Shown piece by piece: positions 1 through 10,227 of a DNA stretch of 64,000 bases. The stretch is from an uncultured Acidimicrobiales bacterium (GTDB lineage Bacteria; Actinomycetota; Acidimicrobiia; Acidimicrobiales; DATKAS01). Each line of letters opens with the position of its first letter. The stretch's first letter is position 1. The stretch spans positions 97,324 to 161,323 of the forward strand of contig CAVSDE010000008.1 of NCBI GenBank assembly GCA_963726695.1, written 5' to 3'. The position numbers were made by a program, and so were the translations under genes. Under the pieces are notes generated by a model. It did not search any database. It saw nothing but the letters and a program-made list of their open reading frames with translations, and was not told the origin of the DNA.

Positions 1-1161
1 ACATCGCGAAAGACGCGGGGCTCGAGCTGCCGGCGGGCGCACTCGACTACGTGCTGCGCGTGGGCGCAGGCTCGGCACGCGACACGCTGTCTGCCCTCGA
101 CCAAGTCGTCGCCGCGGGATCGATCCCCGACGACGGACCGTCGGTCGAAGACCTGGTCGACGCCCTCGCCGACCGTGACGCAGCGCGAGCGCTCGCAGGC
201 GTCGCGGCAGCCGTCGCAGCAGGCACCGAGGTGCGCGGCCTCACCGAGCGGCTCATCGCGTGGCTGCGCGACACGTTCCTCGTCGTGATGGCGCCCGATG
301 TCGCCGAGCTGTCCGAGGCCTCCCGTGCTCGAGCCGCTGAGCAAGGCGCTCGCCTCGGCGCTGCCGCGACCGTGCGGGCACTCGAGGTGCTCGGCGCTGC
401 GCTCGTCGAGATGCGTCACGCCACCGACCACGCGCGTGCTGCTCGACGTCGCACTGGTCCGCATCGCGAATCCCGCGCTCGACGACAGCCCGGGCGCGTT
501 GCTCGAACGGATCGAGCGTCTCGAACGATCCGGGCCGCCGGCCGGTGCGCCTCCGTCCGCGGGTGGTGCGACAGCACCGCCATCGACGTCCGCTCCGCAG
601 ACGAACCCGACGACGAGCGCGCCATCGAGCGGTGCACGCGCTGCGCTCGGAAGCCACGCGCGCAAGGCGCCGGCCGAACCGAAGGTCGAAGCACCCGTCG
701 AGCCGCCCGCGCCCGTCGTGCAGGCCGCGACCCCGCCCGCTCTCGTGCCCACGGGTGAGATGCCGTCACGCGACGAGCTCACCATCGCGTGGGCCGACAA
801 CGTGCTCCCTCAGCTCAAGGGCATGGTGAAGGCCTTGTACGCGGCGGGCCGCTTCGTGTCGTCCGACGATGGCGGCGCGGTGCTCGCGCTGCCCACTGCT
901 CCTCACCGCCAGAAGTGCGAGGAGCGACGCAAGGACGTCGAGGCTGCACTCGCCGCCCACTTCGGTCGACCGATCCCGCTGAAGCTCATCGTCGACGGAG
1001 GCGAGGTGGCGCCGGCGTCCGCAGCGGCGACACCGGCCTCGGTCACCGACGACGTCGTCGATCTCGACGAGCTCGTCGACGCGCCCTCCGCACCGGCGAC
1101 ATCGATCGACCGGCTGACGCAAGCGTTCCCAGGAGCCGAGCTCCTCACTGACGAGTCCTGA
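1..1161 (+). CDS. dnaX: DNA polymerase III subunit gamma/tau, C-terminal part (5' truncated, frameshift ~430)
   Basis: GSARDTLSALDQ clamp-loader motif in ORF 51..758. Continues as RVLLDVAL and a Pro/Ala-rich tail ending AFPGAE in ORF 298..1161. Canonical dnaX-ybaB-recR order. Confidence 0.9.
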
Positions 1162-1171
1162 GAGGAGCGCC

Positions 1172-1516
1172 ATGTCCGGCGACGATGACGACTTCATGGG
1201 CAACCTGCTGAAGCAGGCACAGGCCATGCAAGAGCAGATGGCCGCGGCCCAAGCCAGTGCCGCGGCGCAAGAGGTCGAGGGCCAAGCCGGGGGCGGGCGC
1301 GTGAAGATCACCGTCACGGGCGGCCTCGAGTTCAGGTCGGTGCGCATCGACCCTGCGATCGTCGACCTCACCGAGATCGAGCTGCTCGAAGACCTCGTGC
1401 TCGCGGCATTGCACGACGCGGTCGCGAAGGCTCAGCAGCTGCAGAGCCAAGCCCTCGGCGGGCTGGCCGATCTCGGCGGGCTCGGTGGTCTGCTCCCCGG
1501 CGGCGACCCGGGGTGA
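1172..1516 (+). CDS. ybaB: YbaB/EbfC nucleoid-associated protein
   Basis: [12 protein letters not shown]...[17 protein letters not shown]...[11 protein letters not shown]; lies between dnaX and recR. Confidence 0.93.
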   Translation: MSGDDDDFMGNLLKQAQAMQEQMAAAQASAAAQEVEGQAGGGRVKITVTGGLEFRSVRIDPAIVDLTEIELLEDLVLAALHDAVAKAQQLQSQALGGLADLGGLGGLLPGGDPG

Positions 1517-2118
1517 CCACGTACGCGGGACCGGTGCAGACGCTGATCGACGAGCTCGGTCGCCTCCCTGGCATCGGACCGAAGTCAGCGCAACGCATCG
1601 CGTTCCACCTGTTGAAGCTTCCTGCGGAGGACGCCGCTCGTCTCTCGCGCGCGATCGAGGAGGCGAAGGCGAAGGTCACGTTCTGCACGCGGTGCTTCAA
1701 CGTGTCCGAGGGACCGGAGTGCGGCATCTGCGCGGACTCACGACGCGACACCACCGTGATCTGCGTCGTCGAAGAGCCGCGCGACATCGTCGCCGTCGAG
1801 AAGACCGGCGAGTTCAAGGGGCGGTACCACGTGCTGCAGGGCGCGATCAGCCCGATCGAGGGCGTCGGTCCTGAGCAGCTGCGCGTCAGGGAGCTGCTCA
1901 TGCGGCTCGAGCCCGAGGGCGTGACCGAGGTGATCCTGGCGACCAACCCGAACATCGAGGGCGAGGCCACCGCGATGTATCTCGCTCGGCTGCTCAAGCC
2001 GCTCGGCTTCCGAGTCACTCGCATCGCCAGCGGTCTGCCCGTAGGCGGTGACCTGGAGTACGCCGACGAGGTGACCCTCGGCCGGGCGTTCGAAGGCCGT
2101 CGCGACGTCGACGCTTGA
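1513..2118 (+). CDS. recR: Recombination mediator RecR
   Basis: Hh[12 protein letters not shown], zinc finger CTRC..C..C, Toprim [14 protein letters not shown], and [14 protein letters not shown]. Confidence 0.97.
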   Translation: MTTYAGPVQTLIDELGRLPGIGPKSAQRIAFHLLKLPAEDAARLSRAIEEAKAKVTFCTRCFNVSEGPECGICADSRRDTTVICVVEEPRDIVAVEKTGEFKGRYHVLQGAISPIEGVGPEQLRVRELLMRLEPEGVTEVILATNPNIEGEATAMYLARLLKPLGFRVTRIASGLPVGGDLEYADEVTLGRAFEGRRDVDA

Positions 2119-2135
2119 CGTCGACACCTGACGGG

Positions 2136-2247
2136 AAAAAGCGCTCGGGGTACCGCCTGCTCCGGTACGAGGCGGGCGGACACCCATACCGGCGAGGCAG
2201 TACCCCGAGACACGACAGACCCGAGGGGGGCTGCAGGTCCATCTGTT
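2136..2247 (-). ncRNA. Putative 6C-like small RNA (two hairpins, C-rich loops, U-tail)
   Basis: Minus strand: stem GAUGGACCUG/CGGGUCUGUC with loop CAGCCCCCCU (2214-2243). Long stem CUCGGGGUACUGCCU/AGGCGGUACCCCGAG (2144-2209), then CGCUUUUU. G-U pairs work only on the minus strand. Confidence 0.65.
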
Positions 2248-2253
2248 GCGGTC

Positions 2254-2282
2254 ACGTTACAACAGTGACGAATCCATGACAA
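2254..2282 (-). promoter_or_regulatory. SigA/sigma70-type promoter for the sRNA
   Basis: TTGTCA (2282-2277), 17-nt spacer, TAACGT (2259-2254). Predicted +1 at A2247. Confidence 0.7.
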
Positions 2283-2317
2283 CGAACGGAGGGTGAACGC
2301 CTGCGACCAGGGTGTTT

Positions 2318-3202
2318 CTATCGGCTGACAAGTGGGGGCGGAGCAGGCGTCGGATCCATGGCCTCGGCCACCTCTGCGGTCTCGACCGGCTTGGCGAACC
2401 GCAGCAGTCGGCCGCCGAAGGCGATCGAGCTCACGGCGAACCACGCCCACCCGAGGGCCAGGCCGGCGAGCACGTCGGTCAGCCAGTGCACGCCGAGGAA
2501 CACCCGGCTCGCCGCGATCGCGGTCGCTCCACCCACGGCGACGGCCGCACCGATCGTCTTCGCACGCCGCGAGCGGCCACGGGTGAGGAGAAGCACGAAC
2601 GCCGCGAAGCATGCGGCCGACGCGGTCGCGTGGCCAGACGGGAAGGAGCTGCCCGCGAATCCGGTGAGGCGAAGCACGTCGGGACGCTCGCGCTGCACGC
2701 CCGCCTTGATGAGGTTCGACATCAAGAACTGGCCGCCGACGCAGAGGATCAGGAACCCGATGGGGGCCCACCGCCGCTCTTTGATCAGCTCGTAGCCCGC
2801 GATCGCCACCGCGGCGCCGACGACGAATGCCGTGCCGCCGAACGTCGAGATGTCACGCAGGAAATGCGTCGAGAACGCTGTCGCGTGATCCGCGCCCCAC
2901 CGCGCGAACGATGCGTCCCACGTCGCGAAGCCAGTGTTCGTGTGCACCATCTCGAGCAGCGAGGTGATCGCGATCGTGCCGCCGATGACGAGTGCCAGCG
3001 CGACCGTCAGCGCGAGTCCGGTGAGCGTGGTCGCGTCGAACCGGGTGCGCACCAGCCGCCGAAGGGGTCGGTGCTGATGAACGGTCTCGACGATCGTCGT
3101 GGGAGCGACCGCGGGAGCCTGCACTTTCGGCCACCGGCGCGCGAGCAGGCCGCCGACAAGGGCGCCAACCGCACCGGCTGCAAGCGTTGCGAAGATCACC
3201 AT
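2318..3202 (-). CDS. PAP2-family membrane phosphatase
   Basis: KAGVQRERP, SFPSGH and SRVFLGVHWLTDV motifs; multiple TM segments. Start taken at ATG 3202. Confidence 0.88.
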   Translation of the reverse strand: MVIFATLAAGAVGALVGGLLARRWPKVQAPAVAPTTIVETVHQHRPLRRLVRTRFDATTLTGLALTVALALVIGGTIAITSLLEMVHTNTGFATWDASFARWGADHATAFSTHFLRDISTFGGTAFVVGAAVAIAGYELIKERRWAPIGFLILCVGGQFLMSNLIKAGVQRERPDVLRLTGFAGSSFPSGHATASAACFAAFVLLLTRGRSRRAKTIGAAVAVGGATAIAASRVFLGVHWLTDVLAGLALGWAWFAVSSIAFGGRLLRFAKPVETAEVAEAMDPTPAPPPLVSR

Positions 3203-3245
3203 CGATCGAAGTCTGCCCCGAGTGACGTCTGGGTAAACCGCCGGC

Positions 3246-3992
3246 GTGATCCAACATGCTGATCCCGCCATCGCTCGCACCGAGCAGCCGGCTGAGGCCG
3301 AGCGGTCGACCGAGCCCCGTCGGCTCCCACTTTGGGCGCTTCCGCCCGTGCAGTGGTTATCGATCCTCATCCCCTTCGTGCTTCTCGGTTGGCTGATCAC
3401 CGGTCCGATCGACCTCACGAAGGTCGAGGAGCACACGAACACGTGGTTCGCAGCCCACCGCACCGCCCGTCTCAACGACCTCACGGTGATCCCGACGCGG
3501 CTTGCGAGCACGGAAGGGATCGTGATCATCGCTGGGCTCGCTGCCGTGTGGTTCGTGATCAAGCGGCGGTGGCCGAGCCTGACCCTGCTCGCATGGGCGC
3601 TGACCGCCGAGATCACCATCTTCCTCGCGACGAGCCTCATCGTCGCCCGTCCTCGTCCCGACGTCTTGAAGCTCGACTCGGTGCCGGCGACCTCGAGCTT
3701 CCCGTCAGGACATGTCGCCGCGACGATCGCCCTGTACGGATCGCTGGCTCTGATCGCCACTCTGAGGCACTCGAACGGAGTGAGAGCGATCCTGCTGTGG
3801 GCCTTCGCCTTCCTGGCAACCATGACCGTCGCGTTCGCACGCGTGTATCGCGGCGCACATCACGTCTCCGACGTCATCGCCGGCGCCGCTCTCGGCATCG
3901 TGTGTGTGATCGCAGCGGAGCATCTCGCCTTTCGCGTCGCCGAGTGGCTTCGTGACCGGGGAGACGTCGCCGAGGGAAGCGACTTCGCATGA
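3246..3992 (+). CDS. PAP2-family membrane phosphatase
   Basis: VARPRP, SFPSGH and ARVYRGAHHVSDV motifs. Confidence 0.88.
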   Translation: MIQHADPAIARTEQPAEAERSTEPRRLPLWALPPVQWLSILIPFVLLGWLITGPIDLTKVEEHTNTWFAAHRTARLNDLTVIPTRLASTEGIVIIAGLAAVWFVIKRRWPSLTLLAWALTAEITIFLATSLIVARPRPDVLKLDSVPATSSFPSGHVAATIALYGSLALIATLRHSNGVRAILLWAFAFLATMTVAFARVYRGAHHVSDVIAGAALGIVCVIAAEHLAFRVAEWLRDRGDVAEGSDFA

Positions 3993-4875
3993 AGCGCGTT
4001 GCCGTAGTCGCGCACAGCAAGAAGACCATCGGAGGCGGGCTCACCGAGCTGCGTCGCCGTCTGGACGACCTGGAGATCGAAAGCCCGATGTGGTTCGAGG
4101 TCTCTTCGAGCTCGAAGGCCGGCAAGCGCGCGAGCGAGGCAGCGAAAGAAGGCGCCGAGCTCGTGATCGTGTGGGGCGGAGACGGCAGCGTGCAGCGTTG
4201 CATCGACGCGCTCGCCGGTACCGGCGTGACGCTCGCGATCATGCCCGCCGGCACCGCCAACCTCTTCGCGACGAACCTCGGCATCCCGAGCTCGATCGGT
4301 GACGCCCTCGAGGATCGCGTTCGAGGGTCGACGCCGCGAGCCTTGATACCGGTGTCGTGAACAGCGAGCACTTCGCGGTCATGGCCGGAACCGGCTTCGA
4401 CGCTCGGATGATCGGGATGGTGGACGGCAAGGCCAAGCGTCAGTTCGGTCGCGCCGCTTACATCTGGACGGGGCTCAAGGCGGCGCGGGCGAAGCCGATG
4501 TCGGTGCGGATCGAAGTCGACGGCTCGCCTTGGTTCTCGGGCGATGCCACGTGCCTGCTCGTCGCGAACGTGCCCAAGGTCATCGGTGGGATGAACGTGT
4601 TCCCCGACGCCGACCCGGAGAACGGATCTCTCGAAGTCGGCCTCGTGACGGCTCACGGCCTCCGCCAATGGGCGCAAGCACTGTGGGATGTGGTGCGCGG
4701 CCGAGCCGAGACAGCGCGCTTCGTGCACCGCACGCGTGGACGTGAGATCGACGTCAAGACCAAGGACGCTCACGAGTACGAGCTCGACGGCGGCACACGG
4801 CCCGCGGTCAAGCACCTCCAGTTCTCGATCGAGCCCGACGCGATCGACGTCATGGTCCCGGACGGTGAGCGATGA
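3989..4875 (+). CDS. Diacylglycerol/lipid kinase family (frameshift ~4320-4360)
   Basis: WGGDGSV and PAGTANLFA in ORF 3989..4360; MAGTGFDA and YELDGG in ORF 4357..4875. Confidence 0.88.
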
Positions 4876-5853
4876 GCACCGCCAACCTCGTCCCCGAGAC
4901 GAGAGAGCTCTCGGGCGACGACGCCTTCGAGACCCTCCGTCGCAACGGACGCCGTCACCTGATCGTGGATGCGTTCCAGCGCCTACGCGTGGCGGACGGC
5001 TTCAGCCATGCCCGGTCGCTCGCGTTTCTGAGCGTGCTCGTCGTCGTGCAGGGCACGATCGCCCTCGTCGGCCTCGCAAGCGCGCTGAGCAACACCGCGT
5101 TCAGCGAAGCGGTGGTCTCCCTCACCCGGGGGATCGCACCCGGCCCGACGGGACAGCTGCTCACCGCAGCGGCGAGCCAAGCGCAGCAGGCCGGCAATCG
5201 CCACGAGACCGTGGCGATCGCGCTCGGCCTCGCGGGGTGCCTGTTCACCGCCACGACGTTCCTCGGGCAGTTCGAGCGCGCGCTCAATCGCATCTACGGC
5301 GTCGAGACCGATCGCCCGACCGTGAAGAAGTACGGCTTCGCGTTCCTGCTCGCTCTCGTCGTCGGCGTGCTCCTCATCGCCGCCTTCGCTTCCGTCGCGT
5401 ACGGCGGCATCCACACGGTCTCCTTCGATGGTGGACTCGTCGACACCGCGTGGCAGGCCGCACGATGGCCCCTCGGCCTCGTCCTGGCCGCGGGCGGCCT
5501 CGCTGCTGTCCAAGTGGTCGCCCCGCCGCCAGCAGCCGCGCTGGTCGTGGCTCGTGTTCGGAGCGGCGATCGGCACCTCGCTTTGGCTCGTTTCCACCGT
5601 GCTCCTCGCCGCGTTCTTCCGCTGGAGCTCGACGTTCGGCGAGACCTACGGACCGCTCGCCGGCATCGTCGCCTTGTCGCTGTGGGCGCTGCTGTCATCG
5701 GTCGCATTGCTCTTCGGCGCCGCGGTGAACGCGCAGCTCGAAGCGGTGAGGGCACAGGCGTCCGCGCCGCAAGACACGAAGAAGGTCGCCGAATCGGAAC
5801 CCGAGGCGAACCCCACGACTGACTCAGGAGTGCTCGTCTCCAGTGCACGATGA
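4872..5853 (+). CDS. YihY/BrkB-family membrane protein (frameshift ~5500)
   Basis: ERALNRIYG and TYGPLAGIVALSLW motifs; hydrophobic; split over two ORFs. Confidence 0.82.
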
Positions 5854-7006
5854 CCTAGAGACTCAGCTGCGCCGCACGATCGAGGGGCTCATCGGGGTCC
5901 CCGCGACAGAGGGCAACCAGGTCGACGTCCTCCGCAACGGTGTCGAGGTCTTCCCCGCGATGTTGGAGGCCATCGACGGTGCCCAACGCACGATCGACTT
6001 CCTGACCTTCGTGTACTGGAAGGGTCGCATCGGCACGGAGTTCGCCGAGCATCTCTCCGCACGAGCTCGCGCCGGCGTGCGCGTGCGCGTGCTCCTCGAT
6101 GCCTTCGGCTGCAAACCGCTTGATCGTGCGAACGTCACGATGATGGAAGAAGCAGGCGTAAGGATCCGGTGGTTCCGGCCGTTCCACCGCATCAAGCCCG
6201 GCTCGTACAACCACCGCACGCATCGCAAGGTGTGCATCGTCGACGAGGGCACCGGCTTCACCGGCGGCATCGGCATCGCCGACGAGTGGGATGGCGATGC
6301 TCGAGACGAGACCGAGTGGCGAGATACGCACTTCCGGATCCGGGGACCGGCGGTCGACGGACTGCGGGCGGCGTTCCTCGACAACTGGGTCGAGACCGAC
6401 CCTGAGATCTACGACCCCGAGTACGACCACTTCCCGCTGCAGCCGACCCCGGGTTCGACGACCGCGATGTGCGTGCGGGGTGCTTCAGAGACGGGGTGGA
6501 GCGACATCGCGACGTTGTTTCGGGCGTTGCTGCAGACGGCGGAGAAGTCGATCCGCATCACGACCGCATACTTCGTGCCCGAGCCCGCGCTCATCGCTCA
6601 GCTGTGCGATGCCGGTGACCGCGGCATCGACGTGCAGGTGCTGCTTCCCGGCCCTCACGCCGACAAGCGCTTCGTGCGACTCGCGGGCCAAAGCTCGTAC
6701 GCGCAGCTCCTCGACCACGGCATCACCATCTGGTGCTTCCAACCCACGATGCTGCACGCCAAGGTGCTGACCGTCGACGGCGTCGCGGCATGCATCGGCT
6801 CGGCCAACTTCAACTCTCGTTCGTCGTCACTCGACGAGGAGATCAACGTCGTCGCGTTCGATCCCGATCTCGTCACCGTCCTCGATCGCCACTTCGACGA
6901 GGACCTCGAACGCAGCGTGCTGCTCGACGAGACGCGGTGGCAGAACCGGCCCCTGCGTCACCGCGTGGCCGAAGCGGTGATGCGGCCGCTCAGGCGGAAC
7001 TTCTGA
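5843..7006 (+). CDS. cls: Cardiolipin synthase-like phospholipase D
   Basis: Two HKD motifs (HRKVCIVD, HAKVLTVD), WRDTH, and IGSANFNSRS. Confidence 0.88.
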   Translation: MHDDLETQLRRTIEGLIGVPATEGNQVDVLRNGVEVFPAMLEAIDGAQRTIDFLTFVYWKGRIGTEFAEHLSARARAGVRVRVLLDAFGCKPLDRANVTMMEEAGVRIRWFRPFHRIKPGSYNHRTHRKVCIVDEGTGFTGGIGIADEWDGDARDETEWRDTHFRIRGPAVDGLRAAFLDNWVETDPEIYDPEYDHFPLQPTPGSTTAMCVRGASETGWSDIATLFRALLQTAEKSIRITTAYFVPEPALIAQLCDAGDRGIDVQVLLPGPHADKRFVRLAGQSSYAQLLDHGITIWCFQPTMLHAKVLTVDGVAACIGSANFNSRSSSLDEEINVVAFDPDLVTVLDRHFDEDLERSVLLDETRWQNRPLRHRVAEAVMRPLRRNF

Positions 7007-7009
7007 GAT

Positions 7010-7064
7010 CGTTTGCTCACCGGGCGTTCTGTGACCTGCCCAAATGCGCCTGAGTGAGCAAACG
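7010..7064. repeat. Intergenic inverted repeat between convergent genes (terminator or REP-like)
   Basis: CGTTTGCTCAC (7010-7020) / GTGAGCAAACG (7054-7064), with partial inner pairing. Confidence 0.6.
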
Positions 7065-7072
7065 CCTCGGGG

Positions 7073-8263
7073 TTAGAGCGTCTTGAGCAACAGGGCGTCG
7101 CCCTGGCCGCCACCACCGCACAGCGCGGCGGCACCGAGGCCGCCACCGCGACGCCGCAGCTCGTGCAGCAGCGTGAGCGCGAGACGGTTGCCCGACATCC
7201 CGATCGGATGGCCGAGGGCGATGGCGCCACCGTTCACGTTCACGACCTCGTCGGTGATGCCGAGGTCGGCCATCGACGCGACGCCGACGGCGGCGAACGC
7301 CTCGTTGATCTCGAAGAGGTCGACGTCGCTGACCGCCTTGCCGGCGCGCTCGGCAGCGGCCTGGATGGCCCGGCTGACGGCTGGCTGCAGCAGCGACGCG
7401 TGTCGGGACCGGCGACCTGGCCGTACGCCGACGATCTCGCCGAGGGGCTCACGCCGAGCCGCTCGGCCGCGGCCTTCGACATCGACGATCACCGCCGAGC
7501 CACCGTCGGAGATCTGCGACGCGTTGCCGGCGGTGATGTTGCCCGCTTTGTCGAAGGCGGGCTTCAGCGCGCCGAGCGACTCGAGCGTGGTGCCGGGACG
7601 CACCCCTTCGTCGGTGTCGACGAGCAGGGGATCACCCTTGCGCTGCGGGATCGTCGACGGTGACGATCTCGTCGTTGAAGCGACCGTCCTTGATGGCGGC
7701 GGCGGCACGCTCGTGGCTCTTCGCCGCGAGGTCGTCTTGCCGCTCGCGGGAGATCTGCGCGACGCGGCGTACTTCTCGGTGCCCGCTCCCATGAGGCACG
7801 CGTCGAACGCGCACCAGAGGCCGTCGCGGATGATCGAGTCGACTGCAGATCGGTGTCGCCGTAGCGGAAGCCGCCGCGCGCCCCGGGGAGCAGGTACGGC
7901 GCGTTCGTCATCGACTCCATGCCGCCGGCGATCACGATGTCGGCCTCGCCCGCCTGGATCATCAGGTCGGCGAGGTAGATCGTGTTGAGACCCGACAGGC
8001 ACACCTTGTTCACGGTGGTCGCGGCGACGGTCATCGGGATGCCTGCGTTCACCGCTGCCTGGCGAGCCGTGATCTGGCCCTGGCCGGCGCCGAGCACCTG
8101 ACCCATGAAGACGTAGTCGACCTCGTCGGGCGAGACGCCCGCCCGCTCGAGCGCGGCCTTGATGGCGAGCCCGCCGAGCTGCGCGGCGGAGAACGACGCG
8201 AGCGCCCCCGACAGCTTGCCGATCGGTGTGCGGGCACCGGCGACGATGTACTGATCCGGCCAT
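7073..8263 (-). CDS. Acetyl-CoA C-acetyltransferase (thiolase), several frameshifts
   Basis: [49 protein letters not shown] and LCGGGGQG across frames. Confidence 0.92.
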   Translation of the reverse strand: MAGSVHRRRCPHTDRQAVGGARVVLRRAARRARHQGRARAGGRLARRGRLRLHGSGARRRPGPDHGSPGSGERRHPDDRRRDHREQGVPVGSQHDLPRRPDDPGGRGRHRDRRRHGVDDERAVPAPRGARRLPLRRHRSAVDSIIRDGLWCAFDACLMGAGTEKYAASRRSPASGKTTSRRRATSVPPPPSRTVASTTRSSPSTIPQRKGDPLLVDTDEGVRPGTTLESLGALKPAFDKAGNITAGNASQISDGGSAVIVDVEGRGRAARREPLGEIVGVRPGRRSRHASLLQPAVSRAIQAAAERAGKAVSDVDLFEINEAFAAVGVASMADLGITDEVVNVNGGAIALGHPIGMSGNRLALTLLHELRRRGGGLGAAALCGGGGQGDALLLKTL

Positions 8264-8362
8264 TGGACGCTCCTTCGAGACTGCGAGGGTCGAGAAGTGA
8301 AGGACTCGCAGTGTACTTGCGCCATTTCTGGGCGAAGTGCCACCGGCCGGTAATCTCGCCGG

Positions 8363-9701
8363 ATGCAGCCGATCCTCGAGGCGATCCTCGGCGATGCCTC
8401 AGGCGACGAGCTGGCTGCGCTGCCGCTTCCGGAGTCGTACCGGGCCATCGTCGTCCGCAAGGACGAGGTCGGCATGTTCGAGGGGATGGAGTCGTCCGAC
8501 AAGGACCCTCGCAAGTCGCTCCATCGTCGAGGAGGTGCCGCTGCCCGAGCTCGCACCCGACGAGGCCTACGTCGCGGTCATGGCGAGCTCGATCAACTTC
8601 AACACCGTGTGGACGTCGATCTTCGAGCCGCTGCCGACCTTCGTGTTCCTCGACCGCTCGGCAGGGAGAGCGACGTGGGCGAAGCGCCACGCCCTCGACT
8701 ACCAGGTCGTCGGGTCCGACGCCTCGGGTGTCGTGCTGCGAGTCGGATCGGCGGTGCGCAACTGGAAGCCCGGTGACCGGGTCACGATCCACTGCAACTA
8801 CGTCGACGACCAGGATCCGTCCGCCCACGACGACTCGATGCTGGCGACCAACCAGCGCATCTGGGGCTTCGAGACGAACTTCGGCGGCCTCGCCGACCTC
8901 ACGGTCGTGAAGGCCAACCAGCTGATGCCGAAGCCCACCCACCTCTCGTGGGAGGAGTGCGCGGTCAACGCGCTGTGCAACTCCACGCTCGTATCGCATG
9001 CTCGTGGGAGCGCACGGCGCGCGCATGAAGCAGGGCGACGTCGTGCTCGTGTGGGGCGCGACGGGCGGCATCGGCGGCTACGCGGTGCAGTACGTGCTGA
9101 ACGGCGGAGGCATCCCCGTCGGAGTGGTGAGCTCGCCCGACAAGGCCGACCTGCTGCACGACCTCGGGTGCGAAGCCGTCATCGACCGCGCCGCGGGTGA
9201 GTATCGGTTCTGGAAGGACGCGACCACCCAGGACGAGTCCGAGTGGCGTCGCTTCGGCAAGGACGTCCGCGCCGCGTCGGCGAGGATCCCGACATCGTGT
9301 TCGAGCATCCCGGTCGATCGACGATGGGTGCATCGGTGTTCGTCGCCAAGCGCGGCGGCACGATCGTCACGTGCGCGGCGACCTCGGGCTACATGGTCGA
9401 GTTCGACAACCGTCACTTCTGGATGAAGCTCAAGCGCCTCATCGCAAGTCACTTCGCCAACTACCGCGAGGCCTGGGAGGCGAACCGGCTCGTGAGCCGG
9501 GGCGCGATCCAGCCCCTGCTCTCGGCCGTGTACCCGCTCGGCGAGACGGGAGAGGCCGCCTTCCAGGTGCACAAGAACCAGCACGAAGGCAAGATCGGCG
9601 TGCTCTGCCTCGCACCGCGCGAGGGTCTCGGCATCGACGATCCCGAGCTGCGCGCGAAGGTGGGCGAGGATCGCATCACGGTCTTCCGCCGTCATGCATA
9701 G
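8363..9701 (+). CDS. ccr: Crotonyl-CoA carboxylase/reductase (frameshifts ~8520, ~8990, ~9275)
   Basis: [63 protein letters not shown]. Confidence 0.93.
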
Positions 9702-9710
9702 GAGGCACGG

Positions 9711-10193
9711 ATGAGCCCGCAGGTGGTCAGAGGCCCGGAGGACAGCGAGCACAGCGGTGACGGATACGGCAGCGAGCTCACGTTGGGCGAGCCTCTCCTC
9801 ACCGAGATCGATCACGTCGCCATCGCCGTGCACGACCTCGACGCCGCGATCGACTACTACCGCGACGTGTTCGGCGCGACAGTCGAACATCGCGAGATCG
9901 TGCACTCCGACGGAGTGGAAGAGGCGCTGCTCAAGGTGGCCGAGAGCTACATCCAGCTGCTCACGCCGACCACACCCGACTCCCCTGTCGCGAAGAGCCT
10001 CGAGAAGCGGGGCGAGGGCCTGCATCACGTCGGCTACCGCGTCGCCGATTGCGCGATCGCGCTGCAAGCCGTGAAGGACGCCGGTGGCAAGGTGATCGAC
10101 GAAGCACCGCGTCCCGGTTCGCGTGGCACGACGGTGGCGTTCGTCCACCCGAAGGGCGCATTCGGCACGCTCATCGAGCTCGTGCAGGAGTGA
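9711..10193 (+). CDS. mce: Methylmalonyl/ethylmalonyl-CoA epimerase
   Basis: IDHVAIAV, GEGLHHVGY, VAFVHPK..GTLIELVQE; directly after ccr. Confidence 0.92.
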   Translation: MSPQVVRGPEDSEHSGDGYGSELTLGEPLLTEIDHVAIAVHDLDAAIDYYRDVFGATVEHREIVHSDGVEEALLKVAESYIQLLTPTTPDSPVAKSLEKRGEGLHHVGYRVADCAIALQAVKDAGGKVIDEAPRPGSRGTTVAFVHPKGAFGTLIELVQE

Positions 10194-10227
10194 CGCTCCG
10201 AGTGACGCTCGGGGGCATGCTCACCCG

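Noticed and set aside
415-445. Programmed frameshift in dnaX (gamma/tau)
   Set aside because: No slippery A-run or stimulatory hairpin. A single extra C matches the indel noise seen across the window.
2015-2242. 75-aa minus-strand ORF starting just after the sRNA promoter
   Set aside because: It runs through two strong hairpins and the U-tract into antisense recR, with no recognisable protein features. The RNA interpretation fits better.
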